A DNA stretch of 63,973 nucleotides, filler included, from an uncultured bacterium (GCA_964471275.1; 13 parts of 13 records of this genome joined end to end with filler, not necessarily neighbours in it); one strand, 5' to 3'. Shown: positions 22,199-32,740, counted from the first letter of the whole stretch. Notes: generated from the sequence alone by a model not told the origin. Translations and numbers: made by a program.

Positions 22199-23313
22199 TC
22201 CGGTCTGAACCGTTCCGGATCTTCTTCCCGATCGGCATGCTGCTCGGATTCATCGGTGTTTCGCACTGGGGCTGGTACTATTCCGGTCTAACCGAGACCT
22301 ACTCCTGCAATTACCACGGTCTGATGCAGATCCAGGGCTTCGAGATGGCCTTTGTCGCGGGATTCTCGATGACGGCTCTCCCCCGCTTTCTCGAAACACG
22401 GCCGAGCACGGGATGGGAGTTCGGACTCGCCCTCTTCTTCCTGACCACGACGGTCTTCGGCCTGTATACGGATGACTGGATGACTGCCGAGTGGAGCGCA
22501 GCGTTGCTCTCAGGCCTTCTGCTCTACTTCAGCGTCAGCCGCTATGTCTCACGTAAGGATGATCCCCCGACTGAATTTGCCCTCATCCCCTGCGGTCTGT
22601 GCTTCGCCCTCGCAGGCGCGCTTCTGGTCTTGTATCCTGTTGACGGGTTCGTCAAGCTCGGGCAGCGATTCGTGGAACAGGGGACCCTGTTCTGCTTTCT
22701 GTTCGCCTACGGATCCTACCTCGGACCACGCCTGATACACGGCAGATCCTCGGAGGAAATCGATCGGACTGCTCCCTCGACCACACAGTGGGTCCCGGTT
22801 CTGGTCGCAGGCACGCTCGCCATCACCTTCCTAGTCGAGTCCTCGTGGAGCGAGCAGATCGGCCGCCTCGCAAGAGCTTTGGTCGTCACGGTCTACGCGT
22901 TCCGCATCGTCCCGATTCTCCGTCTGCCGATTCACCGATTCTCCGCCTGGACGCTGTGGACGGGATTCTGGTGTCTACTGCTCGGCCAATGGCTGGCAGG
23001 CCTCTTCCCAGACTACGAGATAGTCGCCCTGCACCTGACGTTTATCGGCGGGTTCTCAACGATCACCATCGTCATCGCCACCCGGGTCATCTCCGCGCAC
23101 TGCGGACCGGAGACGATGTGGAGCGGGCGCGCACGCGCCCTCAAGAGCATAGGTTTCTTCCTGCTCGCGGCGCTCATCAGCAGAGTCATCTCTGACTTCA
23201 TGCCGTGGTACTATTTCGGTATGCTGCACGTCGCCGCAGGTTTCTGGATGGTCGCTTCCCTGATCTGGGGGTTTGCCTACATCCCGAAGCTGACCCGACA
23301 GGAAGAAGACTAA
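22177..23313 (+). CDS. NnrS family membrane protein
   Basis: EPFRIFF, HG..QI.GF...F.AGF..TALP, ALHLTFIGG, ATRVISAH. ATG 22177 follows GGAG. Confidence 0.75.
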   Translation: MSTETSLIRSEPFRIFFPIGMLLGFIGVSHWGWYYSGLTETYSCNYHGLMQIQGFEMAFVAGFSMTALPRFLETRPSTGWEFGLALFFLTTTVFGLYTDDWMTAEWSAALLSGLLLYFSVSRYVSRKDDPPTEFALIPCGLCFALAGALLVLYPVDGFVKLGQRFVEQGTLFCFLFAYGSYLGPRLIHGRSSEEIDRTAPSTTQWVPVLVAGTLAITFLVESSWSEQIGRLARALVVTVYAFRIVPILRLPIHRFSAWTLWTGFWCLLLGQWLAGLFPDYEIVALHLTFIGGFSTITIVIATRVISAHCGPETMWSGRARALKSIGFFLLAALISRVISDFMPWYYFGMLHVAAGFWMVASLIWGFAYIPKLTRQEED

Positions 23314-23629
23314 CCTCGACCTCCTGTAAAAAAAGAAAACCACCAAGAGCACGAAGAACACCAAGGGAACCGTAGGCAGGAGGGCATCTGGAATCCGAGT
23401 TCTAACCTCACCGATGGTGTGGTCGAGGATCAGACCCCGGCTGGTCCCAAACCTTGCGTTACCTGGTGTCTTCGAGTCTTCGTGGCTAGTGATGCTGACA
23501 TATAGAGCTTGTGTGCGGTCCCGGTTACTCGTCTGCTTCGCCCCCTACATACACGGTTCGCCGAGCGTCGCGATCTCAGACAGCCCTGGGTGATACAGAG
23601 AGACAGCCAAAATAGGAATATGAATCAGC

Positions 23630-23803
23630 CTAGGAGGCCGCTGCCCGGTCCAAAGCTTCCGAAAGTGTCTCCGTGTTGTGAATCAGCCTGGGTATATCCT
23701 CGGGACAGATCCAGGCGGGCTTCCCCTTGTAGATCAGGGAAATCAGCGGCACGTCGTTATCGCAACCACAAACAAAACACGTTGGTGCTGGCGTTTCACT
23801 CAT
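23630..23803 (-). CDS. Small Cys-containing hypothetical protein
   Basis: CFVCG...VPLISL.YKG...WICP...PRLIH; lies downstream of and co-oriented with URO-D-like genes. Confidence 0.55.
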   Translation of the reverse strand: MSETPAPTCFVCGCDNDVPLISLIYKGKPAWICPEDIPRLIHNTETLSEALDRAAAS

Positions 23804-23845
23804 ATCAATCCTTTCAGGCACTCGCTGTTCGGTCTGAACAGCCAC

Positions 23846-24982
23846 CTAGGGTATGTGTTCAGGGTTAACCGGATAGTCACCCCACTCTTCCACCATCTCG
23901 GCCACACGCTCCAGCCGATCAAGCCTGGCGGCAGGCATGACGTTGTCGGCGACGCCAAGAATAAACGCGTCACCTGGCGCAACAGCTCTAAAGAGCCGAC
24001 GCATATAAGTTTCGAAATCCGCATCCGTACAGCTGTCCTCCAGGATCGTAGAGGGCACAGCACCCCACACGATCACCGAAGTCCCCCAGGCCTCCCGCGT
24101 TTCCTCTATCGTGCAGTCCACGATCGGATCTGTCGTGAAGGTTTCCGCCATGTCGAATCCGGCGGCCTGTATGTGGCCGAGGATCTGACTCGAGTCGTTG
24201 TCCGCGTGCATACACAGCTTTTTTCCCCTGCCGTGAAGGTGTTCAGCGAACTCCTGGTAATAGGGCGTGATATACTTCTCAAACAGTGGAGGGGGTGTCA
24301 GAGACGAGTCGAGATGCAACCCGTGCAGGATAAGACGCGCCGGTGACTCCGTCACAAGCGGCCAGACTCGATCCCGGTCGAGATCGGTCATCAGGTCAAA
24401 AAGGTGCTCGACCTTGTCCGTAAAATCGTGCAGAAGAAAGAATCCGTTCTCGTATCCGCAGAATTTCTGCAGATAGTGATGAAGGGGACAATCTCCGGCC
24501 GGAACGAGCGGGTAGCCATCATCACCGACCTCCGCCTCGTAGTCCAGGTATGCATCATAGGTGGGTTCGTATGTCGTGTATTCCAGCAGGTATTCAACCG
24601 GTGCAAAGTCATCCGGTCCCTTGATCATGTGCTCCATCTCAAGGCTTGGAAGCCCGATGCTCTCCAGTTCATCCGACGTCTGATATCGCGTCGAAACAGA
24701 GCCCTTCGGCGTCCGATAGGTCGTCACAACCGACGTTCCTTCTTTCCTCTCGGTGATCTCAACATCTCCGCCCTGCACAGGGGAGAATACTCGCCCGTCC
24801 CGGGCCGGTGTTCCCATCCCGAGATCCGCCTCAACCTCACGCAGGGCCATACCCTCGAACCGATCGGGCAGGCTACCCAACATGGTGTGTGCACGATGCC
24901 AGATCAGAAGCCGTGGGATCCACGGAATCCGGTCCGGGCTTTTGCCATCCATAATCGCCAGCAGCCGCTCTCGATTCGTCAT
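23846..24982 (-). CDS. Uroporphyrinogen decarboxylase family protein
   Basis: MTNRERLLA...PDRIP, FEKYITPYY, HADN, WGAV, FILGVADNV. Confidence 0.85.
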   Translation of the reverse strand: MTNRERLLAIMDGKSPDRIPWIPRLLIWHRAHTMLGSLPDRFEGMALREVEADLGMGTPARDGRVFSPVQGGDVEITERKEGTSVVTTYRTPKGSVSTRYQTSDELESIGLPSLEMEHMIKGPDDFAPVEYLLEYTTYEPTYDAYLDYEAEVGDDGYPLVPAGDCPLHHYLQKFCGYENGFFLLHDFTDKVEHLFDLMTDLDRDRVWPLVTESPARLILHGLHLDSSLTPPPLFEKYITPYYQEFAEHLHGRGKKLCMHADNDSSQILGHIQAAGFDMAETFTTDPIVDCTIEETREAWGTSVIVWGAVPSTILEDSCTDADFETYMRRLFRAVAPGDAFILGVADNVMPAARLDRLERVAEMVEEWGDYPVNPEHIP

Positions 24983-25016
24983 TTTGCCTCCCGCTCCTTC
25001 TTCTGTTTCCAGGTCT

Positions 25017-25436
25017 CTAGTACCTACCGTGAGCCAGGAGTAGCTCCACTGCGTAGACGTAATTTTCCCACGGCACATCGTCAGGCACCGAGTGATCCGA
25101 GTGGTAGATGTATCCCCCGCTGGTCTTCCCGGCAGTCACTTTGTCCCGGATCTCCTGCTCGACATCTGATCGAGACCCCGCGAGCTTCCGAACATCGATG
25201 TTCCCGTGCAAGACCAGCCGATCCCCGTATTCCTTCTTGATGTCGCCAATGTGGATACCTGCCTTTGCCTCGAGCGGGTGCAGGCCCTTGAAGCCGGCCT
25301 CGATCACCATCGGAATCAGGGCCCGGATGTCGCCATCCGAATGAAGCGTGGTCGATAGACCGTCAGCCGCCAGGTGATCACAGAGTCGTTTATGGTGCGG
25401 CATGACCAGCTCTCGATACATCGCCGGGGAGAACAT
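25017..25436 (-). CDS. Uroporphyrinogen decarboxylase family protein, 5' truncated
   Basis: SPAMYRELVMP, HSDG, HGNID, GGYIYHSDHSVP. Confidence 0.85.
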   Translation of the reverse strand: MFSPAMYRELVMPHHKRLCDHLAADGLSTTLHSDGDIRALIPMVIEAGFKGLHPLEAKAGIHIGDIKKEYGDRLVLHGNIDVRKLAGSRSDVEQEIRDKVTAGKTSGGYIYHSDHSVPDDVPWENYVYAVELLLAHGRY

Positions 25437-25837
25437 NNNNNNNNNNNNNNNNNNNNNNNNNNNNNNNNNNNNNNNNNNNNTTAATTAATTAANNNNNNNN
25501 NNNNNNNNNNNNNNNNNNNNNNNNNNNNNNNNNNNNAGAAAACTCTATGTACTAAGGCTCACAATTTGGGACCTCACCCGCTTCCCTCATGTGACACCGA
25601 GCGAAAATGCATTGGCAGTTTATGTCAACTCTGCGGCGGCCGCGATTACTGGGTCCCATCTACCCGGGGCTTGTCACCTTCGCTTCGCTTCGGCGCACGT
25701 CGCCCCGGGCTATGGACGCCACGTCCCCTTCGGTGACTCCCAACACACCCAGCCTCCTGATGTTCATAGTGCCCTCAGGAATCCGGCTCTTCGAGACGAT
25801 CCTCCCAAGCCTGTACTTTGGGGTTCATGGCTTTCGT

Positions 25838-26977
25838 CTATCTGCTACCGTAAGGGCCTTCCAAGAACGCGCTTCTCCAGTCCAAGAACTGTCCGGCGAT
25901 GATCGCCTCTCTCATCTCCCGCATCAACGAGAGATAATAGTCGAGACTGCTAACCGTCGCGATCCACAGTCCCAGGGTTTCACCAGCCTGAAAAAGATGC
26001 CTCACGTAGGCCCTCGAATACCGGCTGATCAGGGAACAGTCAGGCGACAGCGGTGACAGATCGTGCTTGAACTTCGCGTTCCGGATCGTCAGCCGGCCCT
26101 GAGGTGTGAAAACGGTCCCGTTCCGAGCGTTCCGCGTCGGGACCACGCAATCGAACATATCGATACCGCGCGTCACACCGTCCACGAGATCCTCTGGCGG
26201 CCCACTGCCCATCATGTATCGAGGCCTCTCCTTCGGCAGCCGTTCGACGACCGTCTCGATCGCCAGCCACGTGTCGTCCTTGTCCTCCCCCATGCAGGTC
26301 CCCCCGATGGCGTATCCGGGAAAATCCATCGCTACGGTCTCATCAGCAAACCGTGCGCGCAGGTTCGGGTAGATACTGCCCTGCACAATCCCGAACAGAG
26401 CCTGCTCGTGTCCGGAAACGCTCTTTCGATTCAGCGATTCATAGGCCGTCATGCATTGTTCGGCCCATCGCAGAGTCCGTTCCCCCGACTCCTTCGCGTA
26501 TTCTTCCGTACAGGGGAACGCGTTGCACTCGTCGAACACCATCATCACATCCGCTCCGAGCAAATGCTGCGTGTGAATCACGCTCTCTGGTGTGAACAGA
26601 TGCTTCGATCCATCGATGTGCGACTGGAAGACCACGCCTTCTTCGGTAATCTTGTTCAGATCCGCCAGACTGCGAACCTGGTAGCCACCGCTGTCCGTCA
26701 GAAGCGCTCGGTCCCACCCCATAAAACTGTGGATACCACCTGCTTCGGCGATAACCTCCACACCGGGTCTGAGGTAGAGATGATACGTATTGCCCAAGAT
26801 AATCCGGGAATCCAGCGTTTCCAGATCCTCCTGGCTGAGCGTCTTTACGGCCGCCTGCGTGCCGACGGGCATAAAAACCGGGGTCTCGACCTCGCCGTGT
26901 GGCGTATGAAGGACCCCAGCGCGTGCGCCTGTCTCCGAATCCTGAGCGACCAACTCCCACCGAAATGGCTTGTCGAT
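25838..26977 (-). CDS. tgt: Queuine tRNA-ribosyltransferase
   Basis: TPVFMPVGT, NTYHLYLRPG, TDSGGYQV, GIVQG, DMFDCVVPTRNARNG. Start codon uncertain. Confidence 0.96.
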   Translation of the reverse strand: MDKPFRWELVAQDSETGARAGVLHTPHGEVETPVFMPVGTQAAVKTLSQEDLETLDSRIILGNTYHLYLRPGVEVIAEAGGIHSFMGWDRALLTDSGGYQVRSLADLNKITEEGVVFQSHIDGSKHLFTPESVIHTQHLLGADVMMVFDECNAFPCTEEYAKESGERTLRWAEQCMTAYESLNRKSVSGHEQALFGIVQGSIYPNLRARFADETVAMDFPGYAIGGTCMGEDKDDTWLAIETVVERLPKERPRYMMGSGPPEDLVDGVTRGIDMFDCVVPTRNARNGTVFTPQGRLTIRNAKFKHDLSPLSPDCSLISRYSRAYVRHLFQAGETLGLWIATVSSLDYYLSLMREMREAIIAGQFLDWRSAFLEGPYGSR

Positions 26978-27237
26978 GACTGCAAACCTCCAGAACTTGT
27001 TGAGACGAGAAATATACCGGCGTGCCGAAAAAAGACAAAGAAATGAAGTAGAGCGGACGTGCAAGGACTCCGTGCCTTCGAGTAGGCTGCAGGGGGGAAG
27101 CGGATCGACCGCATCGAGAACCGATCACAGCACAGTTGCCGCCTGCCTGGATTCCTGAACCGACCAGACCCCGAGTCGGCATAGGTCCGGTCTCTTGATG
27201 CAACCTGGCATCGCCAGGTCACTCGAGAACTCGGATG

Positions 27238-27738
27238 CTATCTGCCAAGCGAGACCATCAGCCGCTTCAGCTCAACGTAGTGGGCAAGCTTCTCCTCCCG
27301 CTTGATTGGGAGCGCTCCGCTCGTGGACGGAGCCACGTACAGGGGAATCCCTGACCAGTTCGCGTCCTGCAGCCCGTAGTCACACTTCCCGACCGCCGCC
27401 TGATACCCCGACTTCCCGTTGAAGCACACAACCTTCGGACGCACCCTTTCGATCTTGCATCGTAGATCGTCGATCCCGGACCCAAATTCGCGTGGATTCA
27501 GATCGTTCACGCCGCGCGTTGCCCGCTTCACGAAATCCGTCAGACCGACCCGGTATTTCAGCAGCTGGCCATCCTCATCCGATCTCAGCACTCGATCCGT
27601 GAACCCGGCCTCCGCCAGGAATCGCCAGAACTGATTCCCGGGACCGGCATAGTAGTGTCCCACCGCAGTCGACTTCAGGCTCGGGTTCAACCCAACAAAC
27701 ACCACATCCAGATCCGGTTTCAGATAGTCAGGGAGCAC
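27238..27738 (-). CDS. mug: G/U mismatch-specific DNA glycosylase
   Basis: LPDYLKPDLDVVFVGLNP, GHYYAGPGNQFW, PSTSG. Confidence 0.9.
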   Translation of the reverse strand: MLPDYLKPDLDVVFVGLNPSLKSTAVGHYYAGPGNQFWRFLAEAGFTDRVLRSDEDGQLLKYRVGLTDFVKRATRGVNDLNPREFGSGIDDLRCKIERVRPKVVCFNGKSGYQAAVGKCDYGLQDANWSGIPLYVAPSTSGALPIKREEKLAHYVELKRLMVSLGR

Positions 27739-28415
27739 GCTGCATCCTGAGAATTGTGGTCTATGGACAAGGGTCTACCCGGGTTCATCAATTGTGTAGC
27801 CCGGATTCGTCCTATGCGTGGTGAAACCGATACACCGTTGGATTACGGGTTCAGTGTTTCGCCAAAGCCCCCACGCCCTGTTTTGCCGCCCCGCGTCGGC
27901 GAGTTCTCCTTCGGCGTCGCTCAGGACGTGCTTTTGACTGCGCCTCAAAAGGAACCAAGAACGCGCCCGCTCAGTCGCCGCGAGCGGCTTGCCCTGGCAG
28001 GCTAACCCCACCTTGCTTCGCCGGATACGGCAACAACGTGACACCACCCCGCGGCTTCAGACGGGTCCCACTCCCTTTGAGAACGAAACGATTCACAGAA
28101 AGGACGTCGCAACATCAGGGTAGATCGCTTTCTCGCACCCCATCGTTCTGTACACAATGTCGACGTGATTGGAACACCCCTAAAAGCCCTGGTATTTGAC
28201 CTTTCAACCATCCCACGTCTTGGAGAGATTCGGAAAAAGTCGAGAATCAAGGGCAGTTGTTTGCAGACGTCCGCTCGCAAGTGTAACTTGTGTGCTTTGA
28301 GTTCCGTTTTTTCTACGACGCTCGGACGGAGGGCCACGCCTTCAAAATCGCGGGGTGGCCTTTTTCGCGTCTTGGTGTCTTCGTGTTCCGCCTTTGACTT
28401 TCGATGAGGAAGCAG

Positions 28416-30119
28416 ATGTCACTCAACAAATATAGCGCACAGATCACTCAGAAGAAATCTCAGGGGGCCTCCCAGGCCATGCTTTACGCAACCGGTCTGA
28501 CGCGTGAGGACATGAGCAAGCCCCAGATCGGGATCGCCTCCAACTGGTATGAGGGCAACTCGTGTAACATGCACCTCAACGACCTTGCCGCTGAAGTGAA
28601 GAAGGGCGTCGAGAAGGCGAACTGTGTGAGCATGCGCTTCAACACCATCGGCGTGTCGGACGGCATCTCGATGGGCACGGATGGCATGTCCTATAGCCTC
28701 CAGAGTCGCGACCTCATCGCCGACTCGATCGAAACGGTTATGGGCGCGCAGTGGTACGACGCGCTGATCACGCTGCCTGGCTGTGACAAGAACATGCCCG
28801 GCTGCATCATCGCCATGGGCCGTCTGAATCGTCCGGGTCTGATGATCTACGGCGGGACGATCAAAGCGGGGTGCGCAACCCTCGACGGCGAAGAAGCCAA
28901 GCTAGACATCGTCTCCGCTTTCCAGAGCTACGGTGAATATCTGACCGAGTCGATCACGGAAGACGAGCGGATGAGCATCGTCGAGAAAGCCTGTCCCGGC
29001 GCCGGCGCCTGCGGTGGTATGTATACGGCCAACACGATGGCCAGCATGATCGAATGCATGGGCCTCTCACTCCCATACTCCTCCTGCACACCCGCCGAGG
29101 ACAAGGGCAAGATCAACGAGTGTTTCAACTCGGGCGCCGCTGTCCTGAATCTGCTGGAACAGGACCTGAAGCCCCGCGACATCATAACCAAGCAGTCGTT
29201 CCTGAACGGCATGCGTCTCGTCATGATCACAGGCGGATCAACCAACGCCGTGCTTCACGGTATAGCGATGGCGCGTGCATTCGACATCGACCTGACGATC
29301 GACGAATTCCAGAAGATGTCTGACGAGACACCGCTGTTGTGTGATCTCAAGCCTTCGGGCAAGTATGTGATGGAAGAGCTGCATGACATCGGGGGGACAC
29401 CCGCGCTGATGAAGATGCTCCTCGATGCCGACCTGATCGACGGCGATCAGCTCACAATCACGGGCAAGACGGTCACCGAGAACATCAGGGACATCGAGAC
29501 GATCGCACCGTTTGGTGAAGGCGAGAACGAGCAGCCGATCGTCCGACCCTTCGACGACCCGATCAAGGCGACGGGTCACATCGAGATCATGCGTGGAAAC
29601 CTAGCTCCCGAGGGATCGGTCGGAAAGATCACGGGTAAGCAGGGCAACATCTTCAAGGGCACGGCAAACGTCTTCGATTCCGAAGAAGACATGCTCGTGG
29701 CTCTCGAACAGAACAAGATCAAGGCCGGCGACATTATTATCATTCGATACGAAGGCCCCAAAGGCGGACCCGGTATGCCCGAGATGCTAACCCCGACATC
29801 TGCTCTCGCCGGCGCCGGTCTGATCGATGACGTCGCCCTGATCACGGACGGTCGGTTCTCCGGCGGCAGTCACGGCTTCATCATCGGACACGTCGTACCG
29901 GAAGCCATCGAAGGCGGCCCCATCGCTCTTGTCGCGACAGGTGACGCGGTCACCATCGACAGCGAGGCGGGTGAAATCAATGTTGACATCGATGACGTGG
30001 AATGGGATGCTCGACGGGCGAAATGGTCGAAGCCGGACTACAAGGCCAATCGCGGAACGCTCTACAAGTATATAAAGAGCGTGAAGACGGCTTCGGAAGG
30101 ATGTGTGACGGACGAGTAG
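28416..30119 (+). CDS. ilvD: Dihydroxy-acid dehydratase
   Basis: [47 protein letters not shown]. Confidence 0.97.
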   Translation: MSLNKYSAQITQKKSQGASQAMLYATGLTREDMSKPQIGIASNWYEGNSCNMHLNDLAAEVKKGVEKANCVSMRFNTIGVSDGISMGTDGMSYSLQSRDLIADSIETVMGAQWYDALITLPGCDKNMPGCIIAMGRLNRPGLMIYGGTIKAGCATLDGEEAKLDIVSAFQSYGEYLTESITEDERMSIVEKACPGAGACGGMYTANTMASMIECMGLSLPYSSCTPAEDKGKINECFNSGAAVLNLLEQDLKPRDIITKQSFLNGMRLVMITGGSTNAVLHGIAMARAFDIDLTIDEFQKMSDETPLLCDLKPSGKYVMEELHDIGGTPALMKMLLDADLIDGDQLTITGKTVTENIRDIETIAPFGEGENEQPIVRPFDDPIKATGHIEIMRGNLAPEGSVGKITGKQGNIFKGTANVFDSEEDMLVALEQNKIKAGDIIIIRYEGPKGGPGMPEMLTPTSALAGAGLIDDVALITDGRFSGGSHGFIIGHVVPEAIEGGPIALVATGDAVTIDSEAGEINVDIDDVEWDARRAKWSKPDYKANRGTLYKYIKSVKTASEGCVTDE

Positions 30120-30241
30120 ATCAGTACAACCTCAAACGGCCGAGCGGGAGCAGAGACGGCAGAGGCGCGGGGGCGAAAGAGCGGAAACTCAATCAATTCA
30201 GCGCCCCAGTAGTTGCCATCTCCTCTGCGCCCTTACACTCC

Positions 30242-30450
30242 TGACCTGTTCCCATTCGTGTGTCCACATCCAAAGTTAGGATGCGGTTGCTGATACCGGT
30301 CCCTCGACCGTTTCGGGTGCAGGTGGTCTGTAGCCCAGTGAACTGTGTGGTCGAACCTGATTGTACTCTTGCCGTCAGACCTCCGTCAACACTTTTGCTT
30401 CTTGCAGCGTTGTGAAAATTTCTCCGTCGAGGAGTTCATCCCTGATCTTC
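30242..30450 (-). mobile_element. IS3-family transposase 3' end and right end (relic at contig edge)
   Basis: The reverse complement closely matches the transposase C-terminus and end of the element at 40840-41047. Confidence 0.85.
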
Positions 30451-30551
30451 NNNNNNNNNNNNNNNNNNNNNNNNNNNNNNNNNNNNNNNNNNNNTTAATT
30501 AATTAANNNNNNNNNNNNNNNNNNNNNNNNNNNNNNNNNNNNNNNNNNNNG

Positions 30552-30989
30552 GAAAACGTCGAAGGACACATCTCGCTTGGACTCTCCACGGTCATCAGCG
30601 ATTTGGACGAAGATGGTTATCGAACAACGTGGGGAATATTTAGTGCGGCGGAATGCGGTGCGCCTCATCAACGCAAACGAGTCTTTATCATGGCCGACTC
30701 CCGATGCGTCAGTGGAGAAGTTTCGGTTGGGTGGAAACAGTCAGCAAAGTCGATCACTGGAAGCGATGGGGAGGCGCGGCGAACTTTCCCCGCAAGACCC
30801 GGTCAACCGCAATTCGATTGGGAAGAACCCCGGACGATTGTCCCCGAATTGGACGGAGCAACTGATGGGAGTGCCAGTGGGGTGGACGCAACTACCCATC
30901 GAGTGGACAGACTTCGACTCCTCGGAAACGGCGTTGTCCCGGCAACCGCAGCAAAAGCATGGACAGTCTTGAGCGGCAGATTTGAATGA
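30552..30989 (+). CDS. DNA (cytosine-5)-methyltransferase, C-terminal part (5' truncated)
   Basis: ENVEGH (motif VI), GAPHQRKRVFI (motif VIII), RLRLLGNGVVP (motif X). Confidence 0.9.
   Translation, partial: ENVEGHISLGLSTVISDLDEDGYRTTWGIFSAAECGAPHQRKRVFIMADSRCVSGEVSVGWKQSAKSITGSDGEARRTFPARPGQPQFDWEEPRTIVPELDGATDGSASGVDATTHRVDRLRLLGNGVVPATAAKAWTVLSGRFE
30613..30972 (+). CDS. Overlapping-frame polypeptide with C5-methyltransferase motif IX-like segment
   Basis: +1 frame nested in the methyltransferase: SWPTP...GRLSPNWTEQLMGVPVGWT. Confidence 0.65.
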   Translation: MVIEQRGEYLVRRNAVRLINANESLSWPTPDASVEKFRLGGNSQQSRSLEAMGRRGELSPQDPVNRNSIGKNPGRLSPNWTEQLMGVPVGWTQLPIEWTDFDSSETALSRQPQQKHGQS

Positions 30990-31330
30990 ACAGCAGAGAC
31001 AAAGGCGCGAGAGGCGAACGTATGTGGCGAGATCAATTGAGAGAAGCGGGGTTCGGTGAGGACACCTACCGCACGGCGCAGCATGTCGGCAACTGTCCTG
31101 ACGGCAGCCCGGATGTCATGTGTCCGAGCCTACCGAGCCTCCATCATGAGGTGAAGTTCGTGGAAAAGCTGAACGTGCAGAACGCGATGAACCAGGCAGT
31201 GAGCGATGCCAAGCCGGGACAGATCCCGGTGGTGGCGCACAAGCGAAAGAACTGCGAGTGGCAGGTGACTGTCCGGGCATCGGATTGGTTCAAGATTTTA
31301 CGAGAAACGGATTTGGTGTGTGGGCAGTAA
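30986..31330 (+). CDS. Phage Holliday junction resolvase-like PD-(D/E)XK nuclease
   Basis: MNSRDKGARGER, SPDV, HHEVK, PVVAHKR. ATGA overlap with the upstream gene. Confidence 0.8.
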   Translation: MNSRDKGARGERMWRDQLREAGFGEDTYRTAQHVGNCPDGSPDVMCPSLPSLHHEVKFVEKLNVQNAMNQAVSDAKPGQIPVVAHKRKNCEWQVTVRASDWFKILRETDLVCGQ

Positions 31331-31415
31331 CGGTTCGCATACCAGCCCGGAGGTTTTGGGCTTTCTCCTCCGGGCGAACTTTTGCGGTAGTACCGCAAAG
31401 AGAAAGAAACGAAAT

Positions 31416-31949
31416 ATGATAATACAAGAAACGAGTGGGGGCGAGTTACCCCCGAAGAAACCGCAGAACGCGGTGTGTGTCGGCGTCATTGACGTTGGCG
31501 AAGCTTACGGTATTGACCCAGGCCCGGACGGTCGGCGGATGGTTCCATCGTCCAACAAGGCTCATCCAGAACCGAAGCAAAAAGTCCGGTTCATATTCGA
31601 GTCGGCGGAGAAGATGGAGGACGGCAAACCGTTCCAGTTGACCCGTCAGTTTAACGTCTCACTGAGCGATAAAGGCTACCTGAAGCCATTTTTGGATGGT
31701 TGGGGTATCGAATTGGTCAAGACCGGCGGCGGGATCGACATGGAGGCATCCTGCGTTGGTAAATGTGCGAAGGTCAACGTCACGCACGACAAAGACCGGA
31801 ATGACCCGGAACGCATCTGGGCGAACGTGTCCACCGTCATGCCGAGTGATGAGGATCTGAAGCCGAGCGGTGAGTTCGATAAGGCCGATTACCTGAAGAA
31901 AGCGGCAGAGAAGTATGCCGAGCGTCAGTCTGGGGGGGTTCCGTACTGA
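31416..31949 (+). CDS. Phage replication/ssDNA-binding-like protein
   Basis: AVCVGVIDVG...KVRFIFE...PFQLTRQFNVSLSDKGYLKPFL..W, with a charged tail ending VPY. Sits directly before the exonuclease. Confidence 0.55.
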   Translation: MIIQETSGGELPPKKPQNAVCVGVIDVGEAYGIDPGPDGRRMVPSSNKAHPEPKQKVRFIFESAEKMEDGKPFQLTRQFNVSLSDKGYLKPFLDGWGIELVKTGGGIDMEASCVGKCAKVNVTHDKDRNDPERIWANVSTVMPSDEDLKPSGEFDKADYLKKAAEKYAERQSGGVPY

Positions 31950-32740
31950 TGATCATCCCGGAACCCAAGCGCATCGCTCCCACCGGTCAGCATTGGTATA
32001 CGCTGGCTGGTGAGGCGTGCCATTACCAGGAGAGCGGCAAGCCAACCACGCTGAGAGAGGCGCGGAAACAGAACTTGGTGCCATCGGTAAGCGGGGTTCT
32101 GGGCATGATCGAAAAGCCGCACCTGACCAAGTGGAAGTGCGACGAGATGATCCGTAAATGCCTGTCGAACCCGCATATCAACGGGGAACCGGAGCGGGAA
32201 TATATCGACCGCATCCACGGTTATTCGAACATCGACAAGCACGGCATCATGGACTTCGGCAACCGTGTCCATAAAGCCATCGAACAGTTCAACCTTTGCA
32301 CATTCGACGATTCGAAAGACCCAGAAATCTGGCCTTGGTTGGAGACCTACGTCCGGTGGACGCACCAGCGATTGGTGCGGGTGATATCAGTCGAGAAGAC
32401 GGTTGCGAGTAAGCGGTGGGGGTTTGGCGGCACGATTGACCTGGTGGCCGAGGTGCGTGGGATTCGTGGGCCGGTGATCATTGACTACAAGACTCAAGCC
32501 TATTCAGGAAACAAGCCGAATTTCCGCGATGAGTACGTTTACCAGCTTGCCGCCTATCGGAAAACGATGAGACCGAATCCGCAGTGCATAAGCCTGGTGA
32601 TAAGTCGGGACACTCCCATGCCGGTGGTCGAAAAGATCTGGACATCGAAAGAGTTACGGCGCGGCTGGCGAGTGTTCAAGGCTGCCAACAAGTTATGGCA
32701 GGAAACCCGAAAGTATGAGCCTGCAAAAGCAAGCGATTAG
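31949..32740 (+). CDS. Phage PD-(D/E)XK exonuclease
   Basis: HWY, TTLREARKQNLVPSVS, FGNRVHKAIE, GGTIDL, IIDYKT, QLAAY. Confidence 0.85.
   Translation: MIIPEPKRIAPTGQHWYTLAGEACHYQESGKPTTLREARKQNLVPSVSGVLGMIEKPHLTKWKCDEMIRKCLSNPHINGEPEREYIDRIHGYSNIDKHGIMDFGNRVHKAIEQFNLCTFDDSKDPEIWPWLETYVRWTHQRLVRVISVEKTVASKRWGFGGTIDLVAEVRGIRGPVIIDYKTQAYSGNKPNFRDEYVYQLAAYRKTMRPNPQCISLVISRDTPMPVVEKIWTSKELRRGWRVFKAANKLWQETRKYEPAKASD

Noticed and set aside
31949..32740. Exonuclease as a Cas4 adaptation partner of the RAMP-like gene
   Set aside because: No Cas4-type four-cysteine cluster is evident, and its context fits an ordinary phage recombination module.
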